From assembly GCA_019358935.1 (NCBI GenBank), contig JAHHIK010000140.1, positions 1-18,460 of the forward strand: a DNA stretch of 18,460 bases. Reading direction: 5' to 3'. Shown here piece after piece: positions 7,793-16,625 of this stretch. Each line of letters begins with the position of its first letter. Within the stretch, counting starts at the first letter, position 1. This DNA is from Tolypothrix carrinoi HA7290-LM1. Its GTDB lineage: Bacteria; Cyanobacteriota; Cyanobacteriia; Cyanobacteriales; Nostocaceae. Below the pieces are notes generated by a model. That model saw nothing but the letters and a program-made list of their open reading frames with translations. It searched no databases and was not told the DNA's origin. Both the position numbers and the translations under genes were made by a program.

Positions 7793-8902
7793 TTAATGCG
7801 CTTTGACTGCTGCTGCTGCTTGTGGCGGCGCACCACCAATGAGACGCTGAATTTCATCCGGCTTGGAAGTCTTAGACATTGCCGCTTCAAAAGAGATATT
7901 TCCGGCTTTGTACATATCAGCTAAAACCTTCTCTAGAGTTTGCATACCTAACTTACCGCCGGTTTGTATAGCTGAATAAATTTGTGCCGTTTTACCCTCG
8001 CGAATCAAGTTGGAAATAGCAGGAGTAACAATCATAATTTCTTGAGCCATCACCCGACCAAACTCGCCTGGTTTAGGATTTTTTCTGGGAACCAAAGTTT
8101 GGCTAAATACAGCGACTAGCGAGTTAGATAATTGCACCCGTACCTGAGTTTGTCTTTCATGTGGAAAAACGTCAACAATCCGGTCAATAGTTTGTGCTGC
8201 TGAACTGGTGTGCAAAGTGCCAAATACTAAGTGTCCTGTTTCTGCCGCACTAATAGCCAAGGAAATTGTTTCCAAATCGCGCATTTCCCCCACCAGAATA
8301 ATATCTGGGTCTTCCCGCAACGCTGCTTTTAAGGCATTAGCAAAACTTTTAGTATCTTCACCAAGTTGCCGCTGGTGAACTAAGCTTTTAATCGGTTCGT
8401 AAACAAATTCAATTGGATCTTCTACGGTTAAAATATGTTCTGCTCTAGTGCGGTTAATCAAGTCAATCATTGCCGCTAAGGTCGTGGTTTTACCTGAACC
8501 CGTGGGACCTGTCACCAAAATCAATCCTCTGGGTTTTTCTGACATTTCCCGCACCACATTTGGCAGACCTAATTTATCAAAGTTAGGAATTTTAGAACTT
8601 AACGCCCGCAAACAAGCAGCGTAGGAACCACGCTCTTTATAAACGTTGACACGAAAGCGAGCTAAACCTTTAACTCCATAACTACAATCTAATTCCCATG
8701 TTTGTTCTAGAGTTTTGCGCTGAGTATTATTCAGCATACTAAAAATCAGCCTTTGACACTGATCGCCTGTTAATGCTTCGTCACCAATCGGGGTCAGTTT
8801 GCCGCTGATGCGAAAGTAGGGAGGTAAACCTGCGGATAAATGTAAATCCGAGCCACCCATTTCAATCATCCGCTCCATCAAGTCTTCAATCATCATTTCC
8901 AT
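7793..8902 (-). CDS. pilT: Type IV pilus retraction ATPase PilT
   Basis: Walker A GPTGSGKTT, ALREDPDIILVGEMRD, HLVFGTLH, AISNLIRE motif and GMQTL. Confidence 0.97.
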   Translation of the reverse strand: MEMMIEDLMERMIEMGGSDLHLSAGLPPYFRISGKLTPIGDEALTGDQCQRLIFSMLNNTQRKTLEQTWELDCSYGVKGLARFRVNVYKERGSYAACLRALSSKIPNFDKLGLPNVVREMSEKPRGLILVTGPTGSGKTTTLAAMIDLINRTRAEHILTVEDPIEFVYEPIKSLVHQRQLGEDTKSFANALKAALREDPDIILVGEMRDLETISLAISAAETGHLVFGTLHTSSAAQTIDRIVDVFPHERQTQVRVQLSNSLVAVFSQTLVPRKNPKPGEFGRVMAQEIMIVTPAISNLIREGKTAQIYSAIQTGGKLGMQTLEKVLADMYKAGNISFEAAMSKTSKPDEIQRLIGGAPPQAAAAVKAH

Positions 8903-8927
8903 AATTATGTCTCCTTTTCTTATGTGT

Positions 8928-9120
8928 TAATTGATAGTTGTTGGTTGATAGTTGATAGTTGTTGGTTGATAGTTGATGGTTGTTGGTGAACCACTGCGCT
9001 ATCGCGCTCTGCCGACAGTCACGCAAGTGGTGAACCCGAAGGGTTGATAGTTGATAGTTGTTGGTTGATAGTTAACTACTAACCACGCTCCCACTAACCA
9101 CTAACAAACAACTACTAACT
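8928..9120. repeat. STRR array (GTTGATA / ACTAACC) with an embedded small palindromic dispersed repeat at 8990-9045
   Basis: Tandem GTTGATAGTTGTTG units. The insert ACCACTGCG...CGCAAGTGGT is followed by the hairpin AACCC-GAA-GGGTT. Confidence 0.8.
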
Positions 9121-11131
9121 AATCGGCAAAACGAGGTGTCATACAATAGGGACAATCTAGCCATTCCGGTTTTAGTTCGGCGCTACAAGTTCGGCAGGTA
9201 AGACCGCTTTTGCGTTTGGCTTTTAACTCTGCTTCTAAACCTGTATCGGTGAAAGTTACACGTTCGACTTCTTCCAAAGTGGTTTGTCCTTGACGCACTA
9301 AATCCAAGCTGTAAGCCAGCAAAGTTTTCATTCCCTCTTCTACTGCAACTTCCTTAATGCGTTCTGTTGGTGCTTCTTCGTTAATTAAGGTTTGCAGTTT
9401 TTCGGTGACTCGCATAACTTCATAAACACCGCAACGTCCTTTGTAGCCATTGCCGTTACAAGTTGGGCAAATATGACCTTTGGAACTAGCTTGTTGAATT
9501 TCCTCTGATGTCAAAGAGTTTGCTTTGTAGAAAGTTATACCGACATCTTGAGAAGCGGATAGACCATAGCGGGCTAATTCTTCGGGCGTGGGAGTATAGG
9601 GAATGCGACAATCGGCACAAACACGCCGTACTAAACGCTGTGCTAAAACGCCAATGAGGGAACTAGAAACCATGAAAGGTTCGATGCCCATTTCTCCCAA
9701 ACGAGCGATCGCACCCGGTGCATCATTAGTATGTAAGGTAGTTAATACTAAGTGACCGGTCAAAGCAGCTTCAATTGCTGTTTTTGCCGTTTCCTTGTCT
9801 CGCGTTTCACCCACCAACAACACATCCGGATCTTGCCGCAAAAATGCCCGCAAAGCAGTGGCAAAATCTAGCCCTTTTTCCCGAATTACCTGCACTTGAG
9901 TAATCCCCGCCAAGCTATACTCAATCGGGTCTTCTACAGTACTGATATTAATTCCCGGTGTGTTGCGTTCTGCCAGTGCTGAATACAGTGTTGTTGTTTT
10001 ACCAGAACCAGTTGGTCCTGTTACCAAAATCAGACCAAACGGACGGCTAACCATCTCATGGACAATCTGCAAACTTTCAGGATCGGCAATTAACTTATCC
10101 AATCCCAGTTGTGTAGAGGAGTTATCCAAAATCCGCAACACTACCTTTTCCCCGTAGCGACTGGGTAAGGTATTCACCCGAAAGTCAACTTTGCGTCCTT
10201 CAAACATCCGCCGAATGCGTCCATCCTGAGGTAAACGCCGTTCGGCAATATCTAAGTTGGCGATAATTTTAAACCGAGCCGTCACCGCAGGAATGATTTT
10301 TTTCGGCAGAGGGTCAAAAGCCTGATTCAACACTCCATCCTTACGAAAACGAATGCGTAAGTTTTCTTCTTGCGGCTCAACGTGAATGTCAGAAACCTTC
10401 TCATGCAAAGCTTTGGCAAGAATTCTATTGACTAAGTTGATAACTGGTGCATCTTCTGCACCCTTCATTGCTGCCCCCAAATCAGCTTCCATATCATCGG
10501 GGGCATCGTCTAAGTCAAGATTTCCCAGATTTTCTAAGTCTTGATTAATGTCTATAGACTTTTGTTTTTCCAGGTGCTTTTGCTTAACAGCTAGTTCATC
10601 CAAATATTGATTGATTAGTTGCTGGTAGTCCTCCTGGGTAATCACCATGCGCTGCAATGCCAAGCCTTGCGGACGCAAAATGCGATTCAAATCATCCGAA
10701 GCCTCTAGATTATCCGGATCGACCATCGCCACTAACAGCGAGGGCGGGTTTTGGTCTTCATGTTTTGACAGTGGCACTAAGCGATGGCGACGACAGATAT
10801 CCGCTGGAATCAGGGTATCAATCAGCTTTCCTACCGTGGTGCTGCCTACTTGACTAACTTCCGGATCGATAAACTCAACACCGTATAGTATTTTAAGTTC
10901 AAATAACTGCTGTTTTTTATACTGTCTGAGCAACTCAGGTGATAGTTGTTGCCCAGAGATTGACTCAAGTACTTCTGTTAAGGGTACGCCAGATTTGCGG
11001 CTTTCAATTAACGCTTGTCTCATCTGTTCGCTATTGACATAGCCAGATTGCACAAGTTTATTGCCGAATGGCGAAAATTCTGTTCTTGTAGTAAGAGCGG
11101 TACTGCGCCGTTGTTGTGACGAGTAAGTCAT
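9119..11131 (-). CDS. pilB: Type IV pilus assembly ATPase PilB with C-terminal Cys-rich extension
   Basis: GspE/PilB motifs SDIHVEP, RLPQDGR, GPTGSGKTT and LRQDPDVLLVGETRD; a zinc motif; C-terminal CRTC...CPYC as in cyanobacterial PilB1. Confidence 0.97.
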   Translation of the reverse strand: MTYSSQQRRSTALTTRTEFSPFGNKLVQSGYVNSEQMRQALIESRKSGVPLTEVLESISGQQLSPELLRQYKKQQLFELKILYGVEFIDPEVSQVGSTTVGKLIDTLIPADICRRHRLVPLSKHEDQNPPSLLVAMVDPDNLEASDDLNRILRPQGLALQRMVITQEDYQQLINQYLDELAVKQKHLEKQKSIDINQDLENLGNLDLDDAPDDMEADLGAAMKGAEDAPVINLVNRILAKALHEKVSDIHVEPQEENLRIRFRKDGVLNQAFDPLPKKIIPAVTARFKIIANLDIAERRLPQDGRIRRMFEGRKVDFRVNTLPSRYGEKVVLRILDNSSTQLGLDKLIADPESLQIVHEMVSRPFGLILVTGPTGSGKTTTLYSALAERNTPGINISTVEDPIEYSLAGITQVQVIREKGLDFATALRAFLRQDPDVLLVGETRDKETAKTAIEAALTGHLVLTTLHTNDAPGAIARLGEMGIEPFMVSSSLIGVLAQRLVRRVCADCRIPYTPTPEELARYGLSASQDVGITFYKANSLTSEEIQQASSKGHICPTCNGNGYKGRCGVYEVMRVTEKLQTLINEEAPTERIKEVAVEEGMKTLLAYSLDLVRQGQTTLEEVERVTFTDTGLEAELKAKRKSGLTCRTCSAELKPEWLDCPYCMTPRFAD

Positions 11132-11165
11132 AAGTGAGCAATGAGTAGCGGAAACCTCTGGTTAA

Positions 11166-11174
11166 AGTATTCCC
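11166..11174 (-). promoter_or_regulatory. J-box GGGAATACT, SigJ/SigF-type extended -10 promoter element upstream of pilB
   Basis: Plus-strand AGTATTCCC reads GGGAATACT on the minus strand, about 35 nt upstream of the pilB ATG. It matches the SigJ consensus described for Nostoc hormogonium genes. Confidence 0.8.
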
Positions 11175-11220
11175 AATCTGATAAAAAGAATTCTCATGCT
11201 TACTTGCTGAATTTTTACGA

Positions 11221-11345
11221 ATTGGGAATTGGGCAATGGGCCCTATCGCAATGGGCATTGGTAATTGCTAATTGTCCCCCTGCTCCCCCTTGTCCCCCTT
11301 GTCTCCCTGCCCCCTGCCCCATGCCCCCTGCCCCCCATTCCCTAT
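11221..11345. repeat. STRR array (ATTGGGC-type / CCCCCTG-type) in the divergent pilB-grpE region
   Basis: G-rich heptamers followed by C-rich 7-9-mers. Confidence 0.8.
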
Positions 11346-11617
11346 TCCCTACCTTTTTCATTCGGAATGCCGCCATTGGTGCGTCTGGGCTAAGGCGCTC
11401 GCCATTTGTCACAATAGAGGACGGTGAGATTGCTTCAAATGAAAATTTCGGCAAAAAATACGCCTCACAGTCAGCGCCAAGTACATTCAACGGCTGTTAC
11501 TATGTGGGGACTAATTGCCGTAAATACCATTTGGAATGATTACACAATAATGGAAGAGGATAAACAAATAAACAATATAAGCCATCTTTTAGGGTGAACA
11601 CAGAGGTAAAGTAAGCA

Positions 11618-12286
11618 ATGATGAGCGAGTCCCCAGCCCAAATGAACTATAACGAATCTGGTAGCGAGGTTACTGAGCAAGTGACAGCCCAAACCAATAC
11701 ATCAGCAGAGACAGACACACTCATAAATGGTACTGCTGGAACTCCGCAGACTATAACTGATACAGCCGCATTAGCAGAAATGGCTCAACAAATAGAGTCA
11801 CTTAAAGCGCAATTAGAAGAGCGCAACACCCAATATATGCGGATTGGGGCAGATTTTGAGAATTATCGCAAACGCACCAGCAAGGAAAAAGAAGAGCTTG
11901 ACTTGCTGGTGAAGCGGAATACGATTACGGAATTACTGCCAGTAGTTGATAATTTTGAACGGGCAAGAGCACATCTCAAACCCCAAACTGAGGGTGAATT
12001 GACAATTCATAAAAGTTATCAAGGTGTCTACAAGCAACTAGTAGATTGCTTGAAACGCTTGGGTGTATCACCAATGCGACCCGAAGGTCAAGAATTCGAT
12101 CCGAACTTGCACGAAGCAGTAATGCGCGAACCTACGGATGAACATCCAGAAGGAACAGTGTTAGAAGAGTTAGTGCGCGGATATTATTTGGGCGATCGCG
12201 TGCTTCGCCATGCAATGGTCAAAGTCGCTGCTCCGAAAGAAGACATGCCTCCTGTGGAGGATATTCAGTCGAATCCAGCAATGTAG
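11618..12286 (+). CDS. grpE: Nucleotide exchange factor GrpE
   Basis: [29 protein letters not shown] and [16 protein letters not shown] motifs. GAGGT lies upstream of the ATG. Confidence 0.96.
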   Translation: MMSESPAQMNYNESGSEVTEQVTAQTNTSAETDTLINGTAGTPQTITDTAALAEMAQQIESLKAQLEERNTQYMRIGADFENYRKRTSKEKEELDLLVKRNTITELLPVVDNFERARAHLKPQTEGELTIHKSYQGVYKQLVDCLKRLGVSPMRPEGQEFDPNLHEAVMREPTDEHPEGTVLEELVRGYYLGDRVLRHAMVKVAAPKEDMPPVEDIQSNPAM

Positions 12287-12423
12287 TTAAACCGCTTTTT
12301 TCATTCGTCAAAAGTCAAAAGCAACCCGTCTATAGCACTGGTTTCTTTTGACTACTGACTAACTACTGGTAGCTAAAAGTCATCAGACCTCTTGCAAAGG
12401 CGAGCATCGCATACCCAAACGCT

Positions 12424-12518
12424 GGACATGGCTATTTACGGTTTTTGCTTAACTTACGCTTTTCTTCCATCCAAAAAAGAAGAATGCTTTTTTTGCAAAA
12501 ACCGTAAATAACTTGTCC
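12424..12518. repeat. Long inverted repeat in the grpE-dnaK spacer
   Basis: Perfect 16-bp arms TATTTACGGTTTTTGC (12433-12448) and GCAAAAACCGTAAATA (12495-12510), extended by GGACA/TGTCC outside and TTCTTC/GAAGAA inside. Confidence 0.85.
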
Positions 12519-12648
12519 GTAGTTAAAAAGCTACTCCGCGAAAAATCACGTTTGTAGTTTTGTTAGACAGAAACTTCCACACCAGTCTTGGCAGGAAGCT
12601 TATGTCTACATTTTTGTAAGAAGCACTCTGGTAAAAATACCGTTAGTT

Positions 12649-14604
12649 ATGGGAAAAGTTATTGGGATCGACTTAGGCACTACCAATAGTTGCGTCGCAG
12701 TATTGGAAGGTGGTCAACCGATTGTCATTGCCAATTCAGAAGGTGGAAGAACCACTCCTAGTATTCTCGGATTTGGCAAAGGTGGGGAGCGCTTAGTCGG
12801 TCAATTGGCAAAGCGACAAGCAGTTACAAATGCCGAGAACACAATTTATAGTATCAAGCGATTTATTGGTCGTCGTTGGGATGACACCCAAGTAGAACGC
12901 GATCGCGTCCCCTATGCTTGTGTCAAAGGTCGAGATGATACCGTTGATGTGCAAATTCGCGGACGTAACTACACACCGCAAGAAATCTCCGCAATGGTTT
13001 TGCAAAAACTCAAACAAGATGCGGAAAATTTCTTAGGTGAAACTGTCACCCAGGCAGTAATTACTGTACCAGCATATTTCACAGATGCTCAAAGACAAGC
13101 AACTAAAGATGCTGGTACAATTGCTGGACTTGAAGTACTGCGAATCATCAATGAACCAACTGCTGCGGCTTTAGCTTTTGGCTTAGACAAGCAAGACACC
13201 GAACAGCTAATTTTAGTATTTGACTTGGGAGGCGGCACCTTCGACGTATCCATTCTAGAACTTGGGGATGGAGTATTTGAAGTTAAGGCGACTTGTGGTA
13301 ATAACCATTTAGGTGGAGACGACTTTGATAATGCGATCGTCCGTTGGATGATTCAACACTTCTACAAACAAGAAAAAGTTGACCTTTCCCAAGACAAAAT
13401 GGCGCTGCAACGCTTGCGAGAAGCAGCGGAAAAGGCAAAGATTGAACTTTCCAGCATGGCAAATACTTCAATTAACTTGCCATTTATCACCGCCAATGAA
13501 AATGGACCAAAGCATCTAGAAATGGAACTCAGCCGTTCTAAATTTGAAGAACTGGCGAGCCAATTAATTGAAGCTACTATCGAACCGATGGTTCAAGCGC
13601 TCAAAGATGCAGAGTTGAAACCACAAAACATAGATAAAATTATTTTGGCGGGCGGTTCTACGCGCATTCCCGCAGTTCAAAACGCCCTGATCAGATTTTT
13701 CAACGGCAAAGCACCCGATCGCTCTATCAATCCTGACGAAGCAGTGGCACTCGGCGCTGCAATTCAAGCTGGGGTGCTGGGTGGTGAAGTTGAGAATCTC
13801 TTACTCTTGGATGTTACACCTTTATCGCTGGGATTGGAAACTTTAGGAGAAGTGTTCACTAAAATTATTGAACGCAATACTACAATTCCTACCAGCAAGT
13901 CTCAAGTGTTTTCCACCGCAACCGATGGGCAAACAAGCGTGGAAATTCACGTCCTTCAAGGTGAACGGGCAATGGCAAGGGATAATAAAAGTCTCGGTAA
14001 ATTCCTTCTCGCTGGAATTCCCCCCGCATCCCGTGGCGTGCCGCAAATCGAAGTATCATTTGAAATCGATGTCAACGGCATCCTCAAGGTTTCGGCTCAA
14101 GACAAAGGCACCGGTAGAGAACAAAGTATTCGGATTACCAACACAGGTGGTTTGAGTACCAATGAAGTGGAACGGATGCGGCAAGAAGCGGAAATGTTTG
14201 CAGAACTTGATAGAAAACGCATACAACTAGTTGAATTAAAAAACCAAGCGGATACTCTGTTGTTAAGTTACGAATCGACTTTAAAGGATAATGGCAACTT
14301 GATTGCCGATTCGATGAAAGCTTTGGCAAAGGAAAAAGTCACAAAACTCCAACTAGTGATGATTCAAGACGGTATCTCACCAGAAGAATTCAAACAGTGC
14401 TTGGATGACTTTCAACAAACGTTGTTTGCTATTGGTGCCGATGTATACAACCGAGCGACAGTGCCTAGTGATGAAGTTGCTCAGACTTCAGATATTCCCT
14501 TTACTCCTGGTGTTGAACCAGTGAATGGAACGATCGCACCTCAATTTAACTTTGATTTTGAAGACGAGGGCACCTTACAAGCAGATTACGAGGCGATCGA
14601 TTAA
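12649..14604 (+). CDS. dnaK: Molecular chaperone DnaK (grpE-linked DnaK1-type paralog)
   Basis: [23 protein letters not shown] and GGSTRIP motifs. The C-terminal DYEAID and linkage to grpE suggest the DnaK1 paralog. Confidence 0.97.
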   Translation: MGKVIGIDLGTTNSCVAVLEGGQPIVIANSEGGRTTPSILGFGKGGERLVGQLAKRQAVTNAENTIYSIKRFIGRRWDDTQVERDRVPYACVKGRDDTVDVQIRGRNYTPQEISAMVLQKLKQDAENFLGETVTQAVITVPAYFTDAQRQATKDAGTIAGLEVLRIINEPTAAALAFGLDKQDTEQLILVFDLGGGTFDVSILELGDGVFEVKATCGNNHLGGDDFDNAIVRWMIQHFYKQEKVDLSQDKMALQRLREAAEKAKIELSSMANTSINLPFITANENGPKHLEMELSRSKFEELASQLIEATIEPMVQALKDAELKPQNIDKIILAGGSTRIPAVQNALIRFFNGKAPDRSINPDEAVALGAAIQAGVLGGEVENLLLLDVTPLSLGLETLGEVFTKIIERNTTIPTSKSQVFSTATDGQTSVEIHVLQGERAMARDNKSLGKFLLAGIPPASRGVPQIEVSFEIDVNGILKVSAQDKGTGREQSIRITNTGGLSTNEVERMRQEAEMFAELDRKRIQLVELKNQADTLLLSYESTLKDNGNLIADSMKALAKEKVTKLQLVMIQDGISPEEFKQCLDDFQQTLFAIGADVYNRATVPSDEVAQTSDIPFTPGVEPVNGTIAPQFNFDFEDEGTLQADYEAID

Positions 14605-14605
14605 A

Positions 14606-14796
14606 GGGTAATTGGGAACGCGGTAATTGGGCATTGGGCATTGGGCATTGGGCATCGTCCAAGTGGGCATTGGGCATCGTCCAAGTGGGCATTGGGCATT
14701 GGGCATTGGGCTTTTCCCCTTTCCCCATTCCCCATGCCCCATTACCCATTACCCATTACCCATTACCCATTACCCATTACCCATTCCCCATTCTCC
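14606..14796. repeat. STRR array (ATTGGGC / CCCATTA) with a 22-bp tandem duplication
   Basis: GGGCATT tandem units, GGGCATCGTCCAAGTGGGCATT twice (14650-14693), then tandem CCCATTA units. Confidence 0.88.
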
Positions 14797-15234
14797 CGAA
14801 ACGTGGTGTTGTACCGCAATGGTTTGTTAGATTGTAGAAGCGAATTGCCGTAGACTACACGCTGTGCTATTACAGATGCGATTAAACGTATATGGGGGTT
14901 TTCCACACCTCTAGGTGCGGCTAGCTCCTCTGTTGATCGGCGGGGTTTTACCGTCCTGCGTAGCACAATTGTAAAAGAAACAGCCAATCGGCAGTGAGAA
15001 GTTTGAGCAAAAAACTTGCCCAAAGTTAGCTTTCTTTAAGCCTGATGCAGGGCAAGTTGCTTTTAATTGGGTAGATGATTGTCCTGTTTTAGGAGCAAAG
15101 CATCTCATGCTCAAAATATAAAGAGTGATTTTTGTCAAAGGTAAAAGGTAAAATCAAGTATTAACAAAAATTAACCTTTGCCTTTTTGAAGTTCTGCCTT
15201 CCGCTTTCTACCTTCTAACTTTTACCTTTGCTAT

Positions 15235-16371
15235 ATGGCTCGCGATTATTATGAAATTTTAGGTGTCTCTCGTGACGCCGACAAAGAAGAAATTAAAGGC
15301 GCATACCGCCGCCTAGCCCGGAAGTATCACCCAGACGTGAACAAAGAACCGGGAGCGGAGGATCGCTTTAAAGAAATTAACCGCGCTTATGAAGTGCTTT
15401 CTGAGCCGGAAATGCGAGAACGTTACAACCGTTTTGGTGAAGCTGGTGTGTCCGGTGCGGCTGCTGGCGCTGGAGGCTTCCAAGATATGAGCGATATGGG
15501 TGGCTTTGCCGATATCTTTGAAAGTATTTTCAGTGGCTTCGCAGGGGGGATGGGTGGTCCTTCTACCCAAAGACGGCGCTCAGGTCCGGTGCGAGGTGAT
15601 GACCTGCGGCTAGACTTGAAGTTAGATTTTCGAGAAGCGGTATTTGGCGGTGAAAAAGAAATTCGCATCTCTCATCTAGAAACTTGTGAGGTCTGTACCG
15701 GATCTGGTGCCAAACCAGGAACTCGTCCCCGGACTTGTTCGACTTGTAGCGGTTCGGGTCAAGTACGCCGCGTCACCAGAACGCCTTTTGGCAGCTTTAC
15801 TCAAGTTTCGACTTGTCCCACCTGTAATGGTACGGGTATGGTAATTGAAGACAAGTGTGATGCTTGCGACGGCAAAGGCGCAAATCAAGTAACGAAGAAA
15901 TTGAAAATTACAATTCCTGCTGGGGTGGATAACGGCACGCGCTTGCGAATTTCTAATGAAGGAGACGCAGGTCAGCGCAGTGGTCCTGCGGGAGATTTGT
16001 ATGTTTATTTGTTTGTCAATGAGGATGAAGAATTCCACCGAGATGGAATTAGCATTCTCTCAGAAATCAAAATTAGCTACCTCCAGGCGATTTTAGGCTG
16101 TCGTTTAGAGGTAAATACGGTAGATGGTCCAGTGGAACTGATAATTCCGGCGGGAACTCAACCGAATACGGTGATGAAGCTGGAAAATCGCGGTGTACCA
16201 CGGTTAGGAAATCCTGTAAGTCGAGGCGACCACATGCTGACGGTGTTAATTGATATTCCCACCAAGGTGATGCCAGATGAACGAGAATTATTAGAAAAGC
16301 TAGCTAAAATTAAGGGAGACCGCACTGGTAAAGGTGGTCTAGAAGGTTTTTTGGGAAATTTGTTTAAGTAA
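15235..16371 (+). CDS. dnaJ: Molecular chaperone DnaJ (type I)
   Basis: J-domain with HPD, G/F-rich linker and four CxxCxGxG repeats. Confidence 0.98.
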   Translation: MARDYYEILGVSRDADKEEIKGAYRRLARKYHPDVNKEPGAEDRFKEINRAYEVLSEPEMRERYNRFGEAGVSGAAAGAGGFQDMSDMGGFADIFESIFSGFAGGMGGPSTQRRRSGPVRGDDLRLDLKLDFREAVFGGEKEIRISHLETCEVCTGSGAKPGTRPRTCSTCSGSGQVRRVTRTPFGSFTQVSTCPTCNGTGMVIEDKCDACDGKGANQVTKKLKITIPAGVDNGTRLRISNEGDAGQRSGPAGDLYVYLFVNEDEEFHRDGISILSEIKISYLQAILGCRLEVNTVDGPVELIIPAGTQPNTVMKLENRGVPRLGNPVSRGDHMLTVLIDIPTKVMPDERELLEKLAKIKGDRTGKGGLEGFLGNLFK

Positions 16372-16625
16372 TGAGCGTATCTTCCGTCTCAACTCCCGAT
16401 GCTCAACTCGATTTGCGCGGCACCCCTTGCCCGATTAATTTTGTGCGGACGAAATTACGTTTAGAACAAATGCCACAGGGAGGTTTGCTAGAAGTCTGGC
16501 TAGACCCTGGAGAACCGATTGAGCAAGTTCCTGATAGTCTGACAATGGCAGGCTATCAAGTGGAACAAATTACAGATTGTACTGGCTATTTTTCTCTTTT
16601 AGTTCGCCGTCCGGTTACTGCCTGA
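16371..16625 (+). CDS. TusA/SirA-family sulfurtransferase-like protein
   Basis: LDLRGTPCPINFVRTK motif. Coupled to dnaJ by TAATG and to rsgA by TGATG. Confidence 0.9.
   Translation: MSVSSVSTPDAQLDLRGTPCPINFVRTKLRLEQMPQGGLLEVWLDPGEPIEQVPDSLTMAGYQVEQITDCTGYFSLLVRRPVTA

Noticed and set aside
11141..11539. ORFs in the pilB-grpE spacer
   Set aside because: Translations of STRR repeats (GIGQWAL, PPAPPCPP) within a promoter region.
14650..14693. 22-bp direct repeat as a mini-CRISPR
   Set aside because: Tandem copies with no spacer, and no cas genes in the window.
14546..15138. Multiple ORFs between dnaK and dnaJ
   Set aside because: Mostly heptamer repeats that stay open in several frames; no protein signal.
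16577..16624. Upstream extension of rsgA in the ORF track
   Set aside because: It overlaps the TusA-like gene; ATG 16625 in TGATG is the better start.
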